Assembly (NCBI GenBank): GCA_963710375.1
Contig: CAVPZX010000002.1
Coordinates: 832,001 to 896,000, forward strand
Direction of reading: 5' to 3'
From: Nitrospirota bacterium
GTDB lineage: Bacteria > Nitrospirota > Thermodesulfovibrionia > Thermodesulfovibrionales > Dissulfurispiraceae
DNA length: 64,000 nt
Shown: positions 41,321 to 51,765 of the stretch, piece by piece
Layout of the letters: each line of letters opens with the position of its first letter
How positions within the stretch are numbered: position 1 is the first letter of the stretch
The notes under the pieces: generated by a model
What the model saw: only the letters and a program-made list of their open reading frames with translations
Database searches by the model: none
What the model was told of the DNA's origin: nothing
Program-made: the position numbers and the translations under genes

Positions 41321-41728
41321 TCATAAGTCTTGTTTAGGCTTCGCAGGAGGCTTCTCGTCTTTCGATGAAACCGCCTCCACTTTCCTCGCTTCCTGCGCCT
41401 TGGAAAGCGTCTTTTCCAGTCTGCCCTGCGCTGTAGTAGTCAAGAGTGTAAGGCGCCTCTTCTCCAGCAACGCCTGCAAGCGCGGGCTCAGGGCAGGCCC
41501 CTTGTCCAGGCTCACCCTCGGCTCCAGCGCCTGAAGCATTCCCTCCATCGCCCGCTTCTGCCACTGAGCAAGCACCATCGAGGGTATCGTCAGCTCCCGG
41601 CAAACTTCCGCAGACCTGCGCCGCTCTGTCCATACCGACAAAACCGCCCGGCACTTCTCCATCGCCCCGTAGTTCATTGTCGGCCGTTTCTTCTCGCTCT
41701 TTATCTTCTCCGTCTTCTCCATTGTCAT
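41321..41728 (-). CDS. HTH-like IS accessory protein
   Basis: EKCRAVLSVW...AEVCREL...QWQKRAMEGM; RBS AAAGGA. Confidence 0.65.
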   Translation of the reverse strand: MTMEKTEKIKSEKKRPTMNYGAMEKCRAVLSVWTERRRSAEVCRELTIPSMVLAQWQKRAMEGMLQALEPRVSLDKGPALSPRLQALLEKRRLTLLTTTAQGRLEKTLSKAQEARKVEAVSSKDEKPPAKPKQDL

Positions 41729-42483
41729 GTCCTTTCTCGTTTAGATTGTAAACTACTTCCTGCGTAACATCGTCGTTTTCAGCCTCAACCGACAACCTTA
41801 GCTTGCCCTTTTCCGCACGCAGCACCACCGACTGCCCCTCCATGCGGCCTACCATGTAAAACGGCAGGCGCGGCTTACCTCTTAGCGCCATCTCAAGAAG
41901 GTTGTCCTGGATACCCTGCTCGATGGTCTTTCTAAGCTCGCTCTGTATCTCAAAATACCGGTCCGCAGGACACAGGCCGCCGATCCCCTGATGCGGTCGT
42001 TTGTGGTTATAATATTTCACCCACTGCCGTATCCGCTCTACTGCATCCTCAAAGCTCCCGAACTGGGCCCGGCTTAGGAACTCCAGGAAGATCGTCTTCC
42101 AGAACCGTTCGATTTTCCCTAACGTCATCGGATGGTGAGGCCGCGATTTGATGTGATGGATTTTGTCTTTCTTCAACTCCAGCTCAAAGCGGCTGTTGCC
42201 GCGCCAGCCCGTGTACTGCCGCCCATTATCCGTAAGCATCTCTTTCGGAGGGTTGTACTCGGAAGCCGCCCGGCGATACACTTCAATTACATTCTGTGCT
42301 GTCTGGCTCCTAAAAAGCTCCAACCCCGTTATATAACGGGAATAATCGTCGATAAAGCCGATCAGAAACGCATATCGGCCCCCAAGTGTTGATTTTCGGA
42401 TTAATCCGGCCTAACTTTTCTGATTATTCTGACCCTTTCGTTTTAGCCTGACCCATTGGGGGCATTTCTGCCCCCTGCACAGA

Positions 42484-43293
42484 TCAGATGATTTCTGTTG
42501 ACGCGACACGAACATGGTCTGCGGATACGGCCGTACATTTTTCTGCGGCGGCGGCCACCAGTGACCCACGGGCAAGATTGTTGGCTCTCCTGAGCAGTCC
42601 GCCTGAACCCTGATGTATTGCCGTGACAGCCTGTTCCGAGAACAGATTCTTTTTGCATCCGGCGATATTCTGATGGTGCTGCAAATAGGTAGCCATATCT
42701 TCGGCATTAAGAGATTCCATATGGCCCCTTGCTACTACACGTGATGCCAGAGGCCTTGATTGGCGGAACATCAGACTGTCCATGAGATTATTCTGTCCGG
42801 CAAGCACTACTGGCAGCACGGATTTGGAATCTCCTTCGAACTGTACCAATGTATGCAGCTCCGAGAAGACATCAAGGCGTATAAGTGATGCTTCGTCTAT
42901 GATAAGCACGGGTTTCTCTTTCTTATCGACGAGTTCCATAATACAGCTTTTTATAATTCTGCTGAGTATAGCTTTTGAGCTGCCTTTCACTTCTATGTTC
43001 AGGGCATGGCATATCTGCTTATATAGTTCTGCGATGGTTCCTGATGTGGCCGTAACATATAGCACGCGATATTCCGAAGGGTGCAGCGTTGAGGAGGCAA
43101 AACGCAATGCTGATGATTTACCGCTGCCTACGTCGCCGGTGATGATTGCTATGGCTCCAAGGTTCACAGCATAAAGGAAGCGCTCTTTTACACCAACGAG
43201 ACCGGCATGTTTCATCATGTCTTCTACTCTTATATCCGGCGAGAAGGGTTCTTTTTTGAAACCGAAGAATACTCTGTAGTGTTCCCTGCTCAT
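42484..43293 (-). CDS. ExeA-like AAA ATPase (transposition helper)
   Basis: GDVGSGKS, LIIDEA, VLAGQ, SGGLLRRAN. Confidence 0.88.
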   Translation of the reverse strand: MSREHYRVFFGFKKEPFSPDIRVEDMMKHAGLVGVKERFLYAVNLGAIAIITGDVGSGKSSALRFASSTLHPSEYRVLYVTATSGTIAELYKQICHALNIEVKGSSKAILSRIIKSCIMELVDKKEKPVLIIDEASLIRLDVFSELHTLVQFEGDSKSVLPVVLAGQNNLMDSLMFRQSRPLASRVVARGHMESLNAEDMATYLQHHQNIAGCKKNLFSEQAVTAIHQGSGGLLRRANNLARGSLVAAAAEKCTAVSADHVRVASTEII

Positions 43294-44618
43294 GATTGTC
43301 CCTCCTCTGTATTGTCTTTTCCGAACAGTTTTCCGCCATCGTACCGGCCAGTAGAGTCGTCGCCGATTTCAAAAGTATCCCTGCCCCTGGTGCCTTTGTC
43401 CCTTCTGACACGATAGTTGACGTTTACATCGAGCATGACTGCAAACCCATATGTCTTACCGTCATGGGTAATCTCCATCCGGGCAGGATCATGTTTATGG
43501 TACAAGAGAGTTACCCGTTTGCCGATGAGGCCGACGGGGACCTCATACAAACGGCCCTCTATCGCAACGGTCCTGTCTTTTGCCACTGTTCGTTTTGCCG
43601 TTTTCCTGAAATGGTCTTCGAGGTTTTTAGGGGCCGGTCGTACACACTCTATATTGCGAATGAATCTCTTGAAGGGTTCTTCTTTCGTGATGCTATGGAT
43701 TTTTTCATTGTAAGATTCAATCCATTGCCGGAGTGATTCATTGAGCCCATCCAAAGTCGTTGCTTTCTGGACACTCAGCAGTTGTTCACGCACTGTACGA
43801 AAGATGCGTTCTACTTTGCCGCGACCTTCAGGCTGATAAGGTTTTGAGTGTATAAGCACAATGCCCAAGGAGGCGCAGGTATGTTCAAGATGATGGCTCC
43901 TGAAAGCAGAGCCGTTGTCTACGTATAGTTTCCTTGGGACCCCTCTTTTCAGCAGCGCCTTTCTGAAACAGTCCAGGAAACATTCCAGTTTTTCGTGCAG
44001 GTAAAACTCCGCGTGCAAGACCAGCCTGCTCATGTCATCCACAAAACACAGCAAGTAGGCCTTGCGTTGTTTATCTTCAACCGTTACAGATGGGCCATGC
44101 ATGATGTCAGACTGCCACAGGTCATTTGGGTTTTCTGCCTCGAATCTCCGGCGGTCCTGCGGGTCACCATCACCGGGAACTTTTTGCAAAAGTCCTTCCG
44201 CTAATAACAAACGATAAAGCGCCGAATATGTTACCTTCATTCCCGGCAATATAATCTTACGGCCATGTGCCTCTTGCAGGAGAGTCGGCAATAAGACCGC
44301 CGGCATCTCTTTCCTCAACGCAATCAGTCCCTGCGCCGTCTCCGGATCAATCGCACGTGTCTTGCCGCGATCACAACGCTCTTGAGGATATAATGCTTCA
44401 AGCTTGTTGCCTGCAAGTTTGTACCTGGCTATCCATTCCTTGATCGTAGATTCTCCGATCCGTGTCCGCATACTGCCTGGTATTATCCACCGCCGGGCGC
44501 ACTTCTCCCGTATCAGGCGCTCCGTCTCTCCCCGTTCCAACTGCCCGCCCCCTACAAAATCAGCAATGACTCCAAATCTGAACACCGCCACCCGCTGCTT
44601 CATCTCTTCCGTCATCAA
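43290..44618 (-). CDS. DDE transposase with Mu-type C-terminal domain
   Basis: WQSD, VDDMSR, YVDNG, GKVER; RTVAKDRTVAIEGRLYEV. Confidence 0.9.
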   Translation of the reverse strand: MMTEEMKQRVAVFRFGVIADFVGGGQLERGETERLIREKCARRWIIPGSMRTRIGESTIKEWIARYKLAGNKLEALYPQERCDRGKTRAIDPETAQGLIALRKEMPAVLLPTLLQEAHGRKIILPGMKVTYSALYRLLLAEGLLQKVPGDGDPQDRRRFEAENPNDLWQSDIMHGPSVTVEDKQRKAYLLCFVDDMSRLVLHAEFYLHEKLECFLDCFRKALLKRGVPRKLYVDNGSAFRSHHLEHTCASLGIVLIHSKPYQPEGRGKVERIFRTVREQLLSVQKATTLDGLNESLRQWIESYNEKIHSITKEEPFKRFIRNIECVRPAPKNLEDHFRKTAKRTVAKDRTVAIEGRLYEVPVGLIGKRVTLLYHKHDPARMEITHDGKTYGFAVMLDVNVNYRVRRDKGTRGRDTFEIGDDSTGRYDGGKLFGKDNTEEGQS

Positions 44619-44718
44619 AAACCTCCTCGTTATTGATGATGAAGATTTACCACAACGAATTCCTCTGCGTCACCGCAACTCTTGGGGGGATTCTTAATAA
44701 CTTGAAACTATTTGCGTT

Positions 44719-45171
44719 TTATCCTGCCCGCGCTACCGGGATCCTGCCCCGATACACCAGTTCATAGAATCCCTCAATATAATCACCTCCAAAATCCATC
44801 CCAAGATGCGCTTTTATGTTTCTGCTTAAGGCACGAAGCCAGTGCTGGCGGCGTTGCCGGCTCAACAGGCCATTCATCTGCCATATACCATCTTGCATTC
44901 GCTGGGAAACACTGCTTAAAATTGCAACCGCAGAAACCTGGAAACGAGGCCAGTATCCAAAAGGTCGCAATGTGTAAATACAGCCGCAGTCTGCACAGAC
45001 ATATCGCTTTAGTGGCAAAGCCGAGGAGTAGCCGTCATAAAGTTTATCTTTGAAACCATGCCCCCAGATTCTCGTGCTTCCGCATTGCAAACAAGTCGGC
45101 GGGCGCGGAAAGGGATACTTCTTGCCAAGATCAAATAATTGCTTGATACAAACCATCAGAAAAAGTGACAA
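44719..45171 (-). CDS. Zn-finger protein (DUF6431-like)
   Basis: CLQCG...WGHG...RYVCADCG; first gene of the element. Confidence 0.7.
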   Translation of the reverse strand: MSLFLMVCIKQLFDLGKKYPFPRPPTCLQCGSTRIWGHGFKDKLYDGYSSALPLKRYVCADCGCIYTLRPFGYWPRFQVSAVAILSSVSQRMQDGIWQMNGLLSRQRRQHWLRALSRNIKAHLGMDFGGDYIEGFYELVYRGRIPVARAG

Positions 45172-46104
45172 TAAATCTCCTTTTGTCCGGGGCTGTGGAG
45201 ATTCTCCTCCGTCAAGATGTGAAACTCCCTGCCTCGGGCGCTTTCCTAAATTGTTAATCCGGTTATTTTAAAACGAATAGATTAAAAGGTGGGTTTGATT
45301 ATTGCGATTAAAACGCTGCTAATTGGACTGGCTTAATTCGGAAAACAACACCAAGGCGAAACGTAAAGATGTCCGTCTGCCAAAGCTGGTTCGGGGTTGA
45401 GCGCTCGAAAAACCGGGGGCGGGTGATATTGCGCTGCCGCTTCTTGGGTGGGGCAGTCATTAGAGATTCGGAGTGCAGAGTCTTACGAACCGTCTCAGGG
45501 CTGGCGGTAAGAAAAAACGCTCTCTTTAGAAGTTGCGAAATGCGCTTAATACCGAACAGTGGGTTGGCTTCTTTGAGTTCGACAATCTTCTGCTTCACAG
45601 GAGAGGGAAGTCCGCGCCCATTGCCATTGCGTCTTATTGCAAGGCCAGCCTCACCTTCACTACGATATGCGCGCACCCAGCGTCTTACCGAATTAATGCT
45701 AATCCCGCATTCCTGCCGGATCACCTCAATAGGGACGCTCTCCTCAAGGAACTTCTTGACTACTTGAAGCTTAAAGTCGGCTCCGTAACGCCTGCTTCTG
45801 GCTGGAACCTTCTTCTTTGCACTGCCTCTTTGTAAACTCTTAACTTGTTCCATCAATGACACTCCTTTCGTTTTCCTAAACTTGGAGTGTCACCCTATTT
45901 CCTCAAATCCTTGGTATCATAAACTGGTCGTTAGCACAGGAGAGCTTACTTACCTTTGACCATCTCATAAGATCGGTCCCATTGACAGTTTTTCTTCATG
46001 GGGTGTAGATTTATATTTATAATTAAAGTGTTACGCTATGAGGCGATAGGCGTTATCGCAAAATTATAATGTTTATATTATGCCATTAGATAACTCTGCG
46101 TGTC

Positions 46105-47173
46105 ATGAACATGGTTCGAAAAAATAAGACCAAAACAACTTTGGGCGATTTTCGTGAAAAAAAATCGTTTCATCAAGAAGTTCCGATTATCATTTGCAAA
46201 CTTTCTTCCGCGAAAACAACCGAAGTTTACGATAGCTTTTGGCAGTTTGCATGCGAAAGGCAGAACATTTTTTTTTCGCGCGTGGAAGGGAAGCAACCCC
46301 CTTGGACCGATGACCCAATTCTGCGAGAGTATAAATTTACTAATGCATATAGGGCATCAGATCGTGTCAGTCAATATCTTATCAAGAATGTAATCTATGA
46401 TGGCGACCAGTCTCCCAAGGAAGTATTTTTTAGGATTCTTTTATTCAAAATATTCAATAAGATTGAGACATGGGAATTGTTTAAAAGCAATCTGGGAATT
46501 ATTAATAGTGCCGACTTTACTGTCAAACAATACAGACTCTTTGTTGAACGACGCAATGGCGTGTGGGCAACGTGTTTATTCTGCAGCTTATATAATGCCC
46601 TCGGGGGGTAAATCCTCTTTGTTCAAAAGAAAACATGAAATGCACTTGAGCTTGCTGGAACAAATGCTTACTGACGAGTTGCCAGCCCGTCTCGTCGAAG
46701 TGAGATCGATGGGAAAGGCTTTTGATCTATTACGAAGTTATCGGACTATAGGTGATTTCTTGGCCTACCAATTCGTAACTGATATAAACTACAGCACATT
46801 GATGAACTTTTCCGAAATGGAATTCGTTGTTCCCGGTCCAGGAGCCCGTGATGGCATTCGAAAGTGCTTCAGTGACATGGGAGGCTTGACCGAAGCAGAA
46901 ATCGTTAAACTAGTCACAGAAAGACAAGAAGCAGAATTTCTCAGGCGTGATTTGAATTTTCGATCTCTTTGGGGTCGCCCCTTACAGCTGATTGACTGTC
47001 AAAACATCTTCTGCGAGGTCGATAAATACGCCAGAGTTTATCACCCTAATTCTACAGGATTTTCTGGCCGGACACGAATTAAACAGAAATATCGAATTAA
47101 TACTCAGCACATTAATTATTGGTATCCACCTAAATGGGGGTTATTGGGGTTCACTGAAAAGAAATTCGACTGA
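46105..47173 (+). CDS. alpha-glutamyl/putrescinyl-thymine pyrophosphorylase clade 1 (aGPT-Pplase1)-like protein (1-nt frameshift near 46534)
   Basis: ERQNIF...PPWTDDPILREYKFTNAYRASDR, FNKIETW, YSAAY, GDFLAYQFVTD, GPGA, CQNIFCEVDKY. Confidence 0.8.
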
Positions 47174-47176
47174 CAT

Positions 47177-48805
47177 CTATTTCTTAAACAGCTCAACGGT
47201 CTTGATGAGCTCCGTCAATTCCTCGTATTTTTTCTCTCCTTTTTCATGTAATGGGATCAACTTATCGAAATCTTTGTATTTGACGTTGTGACCATTGAAA
47301 GTCGTTGTTGCTTTTATTCCGGGGGGGGATTTAAATTCATAAATGGATTTCTTGTTGTCTTGCAATTTAAATTCCAGAGTGAATTTTCGACCAGAAGAAT
47401 CAACGGCAACCCTCAGTATATGTTTAAACATGGCAACTTTGGCCAAAAAAAAGTTCATTAGGGAGTCGGGTTCAATATCACTCTTTTCCCCCAACACTGG
47501 TTTCATGTCGAAAGATACTTTAGTATCACTGAATTCATTCAATGTGACTCGATAATCATTATGAACACCAATTGCCATTGATTCAAATGTCGGCCTTCCC
47601 CAGAATTGTAATTCGTCTACTAATAATAAAAGAAATGAAAAGGTATTGGGATACAAATGATATATTTCAGGACAGGTATGAGATGCAATAGATCTCATTA
47701 TCTCGCGGCGAATTATGAATTGCCGGGCTTCTTCAACATTCGTTAATACGGCGACATCATCCCAGTCAAAATTTGTTTCCATAAAATAAACAAGATTTTT
47801 AACCAATGCAATACAACTTATAATTCCATGATCAAATCGCTCAAAAGATTGTGAAAATTTAAGATAAAATTTTGCTTGAATGTGAGTTTTATAATGTGTA
47901 TGGCTTTTATAAGAGGGCGGATTTTTGTTTATCCTAGTTTTTTTTTCATATCTGACTATCTTTGAACTGAGATATCTTAAAATTGCGTCATTTATGAATT
48001 GATTTTGCTGCGGGAAAGTGAAAGAAAACTCTTCCAAGCCAGATTTCACAAAATAACTCATCATTTTGCGCAAACTACTATTGATTTTCTCAACTTTACT
48101 TAAGGGATATCCTAAGTCGTGTGTTAATGCGATCAAACACCAGATTGCATCTTCTTCGCCTTCGTATAACAATCCGTTACTTTTAGTGGATATCTTAATT
48201 GAGTCATCTTTTTTCTCAAGTATATCCTTGCGTAGGTCTTTAGCGTCGAATATTACAATTGGGAATCTATTATTTATAAACTTATGCAGTATGAACTCAC
48301 CAGTAAGCCATACTCTTATGATGTGATAAACATGATCTCGATAAAATTGTTCAGCACCATATAACAAACGTTCAAATTCAATAAATGCTTTAAAATATTC
48401 TTTTAACTGAAATACAAATAATGATCCTTCAGTCATTTTCTTATAAGCATCTTCTGTTGTGCGTGGTCGTTTATACTTGGGGTTATTTGGATCTTTGATC
48501 GGGAATTCACTCAAGTCATTCCATTTCAAGAACATTAATGCATCAATCAATAAACGCTCCCAAAAATCTAAAACATCTATAAAATTCGGGTTAAATATTT
48601 TTCTTATCAGATCGAGCGATTCCTTTTTACTATCTATTAGACCTTTAGTCTCTTTTTCATAAATTTGTTTAATTTTTTCCAAATACTCTTTTTTTGTGTC
48701 ATCTGAAAGAAAAGCAATACTAGGGATCCTTTCAATTAAGAATTTAATGAGTTCGTAATCGTTCAGCTTGCACACGTGATTACCTCTACCCGTAGAAATG
48801 TACAT
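47177..48805 (-). CDS. HD-domain metal-dependent phosphohydrolase-like protein
   Basis: RDHVYH, THDLGY, FDHG, IASH, VDELQ; start uncertain. Confidence 0.72.
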   Translation of the reverse strand: MYISTGRGNHVCKLNDYELIKFLIERIPSIAFLSDDTKKEYLEKIKQIYEKETKGLIDSKKESLDLIRKIFNPNFIDVLDFWERLLIDALMFLKWNDLSEFPIKDPNNPKYKRPRTTEDAYKKMTEGSLFVFQLKEYFKAFIEFERLLYGAEQFYRDHVYHIIRVWLTGEFILHKFINNRFPIVIFDAKDLRKDILEKKDDSIKISTKSNGLLYEGEEDAIWCLIALTHDLGYPLSKVEKINSSLRKMMSYFVKSGLEEFSFTFPQQNQFINDAILRYLSSKIVRYEKKTRINKNPPSYKSHTHYKTHIQAKFYLKFSQSFERFDHGIISCIALVKNLVYFMETNFDWDDVAVLTNVEEARQFIIRREIMRSIASHTCPEIYHLYPNTFSFLLLLVDELQFWGRPTFESMAIGVHNDYRVTLNEFSDTKVSFDMKPVLGEKSDIEPDSLMNFFLAKVAMFKHILRVAVDSSGRKFTLEFKLQDNKKSIYEFKSPPGIKATTTFNGHNVKYKDFDKLIPLHEKGEKKYEELTELIKTVELFKK

Positions 48806-48887
48806 TGAACATTTTGTAGAGCTCGTTCTTTGTTGACCGTGGATAGATCTGCGCGAGAACGGTTAGAAATTCGATTTATTAATAAAT

Positions 48888-49961
48888 TCACTTTACTGAG
48901 CACATCAAACAATTTTCTTTTCTTGCAGTAATCGGAAACTCGTTTTGGTAAGGACACATTGGGTCTGGTCCTTGATTAATAGTTCCAAACTTATAAAATC
49001 TCTGTGCAACGCATCTGCCTCGGCAATGTTCTAAGTTATGGCACCTATTACAATTTTCAATCTGCGTAAAATCAAAGTTTCTCAATAGTTGCAAAATGGG
49101 GTTATGTGTCCAGATTTCTAACAACGTCTCAAAATAAATATTGCCTATTTTAAACTCGGCGGTTTCTTTAAATGCTGGACACGGTATTACCTTCCCGTCA
49201 AAATTAATCAGAAGCGTCGATTTACCCGCCTTACAATTAACAGGCTTAATATCACTGTCTACAAGAGAACAAAAATTCATAGGACAACCGGTTCTTATTT
49301 GAAGTCGGTCATATTTTTTCTTCTCTCGAACAACGTCCAGTATAATGGAGTGAAAGCTCTCAAGTGAAAGTTCAAGCTCATTGGTGTTAATAGAACCTCT
49401 GCCCTGACTTACAAATCTGAGAATTGCGAGCTCATCCACGCCTATCTCATTACAAAGCTCCGAAATAGCTGCAATTTCTTTGTAATTGGGAATCATTGGA
49501 ACAAAATGAACGCCTGTCCACAAGCCAACTGAAGTTATCCGTTTTATGCTAGTCATCACGCTCTCGAAACTACCTCTTGTCATCGTGATTCGGTCGTGAG
49601 TATCCGCCGTTGCACCCTGAACATTGAAAACAATTCGATCAAGGCCCAAATCAACCAACGATGATACCAACGACGTAGTAATACCTTCTTTATTCCCTAG
49701 ATACCCAGAAGTATAAAGCCGCACCTCGAAATACTTTTTTGCTTCTCTAATAATATCTAAAATACGCGGATGTAATAAGGGCTCGCCACCTGATATTTCT
49801 AACGTCTTAGTGCCAAGCCGTCGAGCATCGTCAAGAATTGTTAAAATTGATTCGTAGGACAGAATAGATTCATTAGTCTTACTGCAAGAAGACGAACAAT
49901 GACGACAATTCATCAGACACTTGCCTATGACTTCAACACATAATTCGTCTAGCGTAAACAT
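48888..49961 (-). CDS. radical SAM protein with SPASM domain
   Basis: CLMNCRHC, SGGEP; CKAG...PC...CNRC...CRGRC...C. Confidence 0.92.
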   Translation of the reverse strand: MFTLDELCVEVIGKCLMNCRHCSSSCSKTNESILSYESILTILDDARRLGTKTLEISGGEPLLHPRILDIIREAKKYFEVRLYTSGYLGNKEGITTSLVSSLVDLGLDRIVFNVQGATADTHDRITMTRGSFESVMTSIKRITSVGLWTGVHFVPMIPNYKEIAAISELCNEIGVDELAILRFVSQGRGSINTNELELSLESFHSIILDVVREKKKYDRLQIRTGCPMNFCSLVDSDIKPVNCKAGKSTLLINFDGKVIPCPAFKETAEFKIGNIYFETLLEIWTHNPILQLLRNFDFTQIENCNRCHNLEHCRGRCVAQRFYKFGTINQGPDPMCPYQNEFPITARKENCLMCSVK

Positions 49962-49964
49962 AAT

Positions 49965-50507
49965 TTAAACCCTTAAAATAGTTGCTTCATTGATGTCATA
50001 GTTTTCAGGAATATTAAATCCCGTAAGCGCTTTGTTTCGAACCCACGCTTCCATATCTCTATTGTCAATTTTTGTCTCTGACCCAGTCAACGCGCGATAA
50101 GTCTTGCGTCTATCCTTGAATGCAGTGTCTCTTATTGGCATTTTCATATCTTTGTTTTTAATGAATGTCTCTTGGCCGGTCAACGGATTATATGATCCTT
50201 CTCTGTCCATAACTGTCACTTCTTTCCCTACTACATACAGTGATTTTTCAGCAAAAGGATTCTTGCTATCAGGATACAGCTTTTTAAGCTGAGTTGCAAC
50301 CTTTTTTATTTTGAATGTGCTTATGCCAGCATCCTGTAACGCTTTAATCGTTTTGATAGCCACAAGATCTTGAAAGGTATACCGGGCATGATTACCATGC
50401 GTTTTTATTGCAGGCTGAAAAAGGTTAGTTTTTTTCCAATAAAAAAGAACCTTCCTACTGATGCCAAAAATCGATTCCACCTGTTGGGATGAAAAGTAAA
50501 ATTTCAT
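49965..50507 (-). CDS. MerR-family HTH regulator
   Basis: FSSQQVESIFGISRKVLFYW...ARYTFQDL...LQDAGIS. Confidence 0.82.
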   Translation of the reverse strand: MKFYFSSQQVESIFGISRKVLFYWKKTNLFQPAIKTHGNHARYTFQDLVAIKTIKALQDAGISTFKIKKVATQLKKLYPDSKNPFAEKSLYVVGKEVTVMDREGSYNPLTGQETFIKNKDMKMPIRDTAFKDRRKTYRALTGSETKIDNRDMEAWVRNKALTGFNIPENYDINEATILRV

Positions 50508-50528
50508 TGCTATTTCATATCATATTTA

Positions 50529-50542
50529 GACAAATTTGTCAA
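50529..50542 (-). promoter_or_regulatory. dyad operator overlapping the -35 box of the merR-rSAM-HD operon
   Basis: Perfect palindrome GACAAATTTGTC overlapping minus-strand TTGACA. Confidence 0.5.
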
Positions 50543-50965
50543 GTATTTATTAAATTTAATTACTAAATTGTCTAAAAAAATAATCGTTTTTTAAGTCACC
50601 CCTATAAATACTATAGGATAATATGCGGCTACTACGGTTTTTTCTCTTATCAAACAATAACTTGTCTTGGGATTTTGAGCCTGTGTGGGAAGCAGGAGAA
50701 ATTTAAAATCATGGCCGAAAAAGTTGCGTTGAGAGTCACGCCCCGGGAGCTTTTCCTAACTAGTTGGTTCAACGATACTTTGGCATTCTTTATTTTTAAG
50801 CACCTGATACTTTCAACAAAACTTTTCAGATACATTTTCTACGCGGCAGCTCTGACGCTGGTGTTTATTCTCCCTTTGTCTTTGCATATGACACGCCGGA
50901 GAGCAAAGAGAGTGAAAGAGTGAAACATAAGGCCAATGCCACAACTCTGTGAACATTACGCATCT

Positions 50966-51553
50966 TCATCTTTCCCGGTCCTCCTCTTTTGTTTCCAGTA
51001 TTTTCTGACCGTCAGTATCCATTTCCTCGTATGCCTTAGAGCTTATTGTTTCCCTTAATACAGTGTTAAAAGGCGATGCTGCGTTAATGAAAAAAGAAAT
51101 CATCTTTCCAAATGTATCTGCCCAAATGAAATAGTCGATTACTTCGAAATCGCCTTTTTTTAAGAGTCTCTTCAAATATCCCAAGTCAATTGGTGCAGTT
51201 GCTTGCGTTGGCGGCATTTCTTGACCAGTTAAAACATACCACAAGTCGTGCCATCCTCTTTCACGATCGTGGTTAATAAAATAAACAATGTTGGGTTTGG
51301 CATGATCAGAGTTGACCGATTTGAGTTGGTTAGCTGCCTCGTGAATTTTTGCTTGAATCGTATTATATGCAGGGTCGTAATGTCCTCCATAAATCTTATA
51401 GTCGGTTATTGATTTCAGTTCGCAATATCCAAAAAGTTGATTCTCTACATATAACTCAAAATCGGCTTTCTCCCTTGCGACTTCCTTTGGAAAGTAACGA
51501 GCCTCAATATTCTTTGTCTTGAAAAATGATATAACTAATTGTTTACCGTCCAT
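50966..51553 (-). CDS. hypothetical protein, possible PD-(D/E)xK fold
   Basis: ADFEL...CELKS...KIHEAANQL. Confidence 0.55.
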   Translation of the reverse strand: MDGKQLVISFFKTKNIEARYFPKEVAREKADFELYVENQLFGYCELKSITDYKIYGGHYDPAYNTIQAKIHEAANQLKSVNSDHAKPNIVYFINHDRERGWHDLWYVLTGQEMPPTQATAPIDLGYLKRLLKKGDFEVIDYFIWADTFGKMISFFINAASPFNTVLRETISSKAYEEMDTDGQKILETKEEDRER

Positions 51554-51765
51554 AATATTACGTTACTAACTTATACTATTTTGAAGATTTTTAACAGCGC
51601 GGATTTCAGGAGGAAGCTTTCCCAATTGCAGCACATTTATAGGGTGCAGACTTTTAAAAGGAAGTGATTTTTATAGATACGCCTGTACGTAACAAACAGA
51701 TTCAAAAATTGATATAATTGTTCATATTAGAACCGCATATCATGGAACAATAAGAGGAGGTCATT

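Larger units (their letters stand above)
42387..45350 (-). mobile_element. three-gene Mu/IS21-like element (Zn-finger, DDE, AAA ATPase), 2964 bp
   Basis: IRs TGTTGATTTTCGGATTAA / TGTTGTTTTCCGAATTAA; TSD CCAAG at 42382-42386 and 45351-45355. Confidence 0.9.
41334..45862 (-). pseudogene. IS481-like transposase interrupted by the 42387-45350 element
   Basis: Removing the insert and one CCAAG restores an in-frame 519-aa ORF: WQTDIFTFRLG-GRYAFLIGFIDD, LTDNG, KIERF. Confidence 0.85.
39848..45938 (-). mobile_element. four-gene IS481/IS3-like DDE element (about 3.1 kb without the nested insert)
   Basis: IRs TGTGCACGCCATGAGTTTATGATACC / TGTGCTAACGACCAGTTTATGATACC; flanks ATAGAG vs GGAGAG, so no clean TSD. 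Confidence 0.7.

Noticed and set aside
42484..43293. Type II secretion ExeA
   Set aside because: It lies inside an IR/TSD-bounded element, overlapping a DDE gene, and no T2SS genes are nearby.
48763..48957. RiPP precursor peptide for the SPASM enzyme
   Set aside because: It overlaps both neighbouring genes and has no clear RBS or precursor features.
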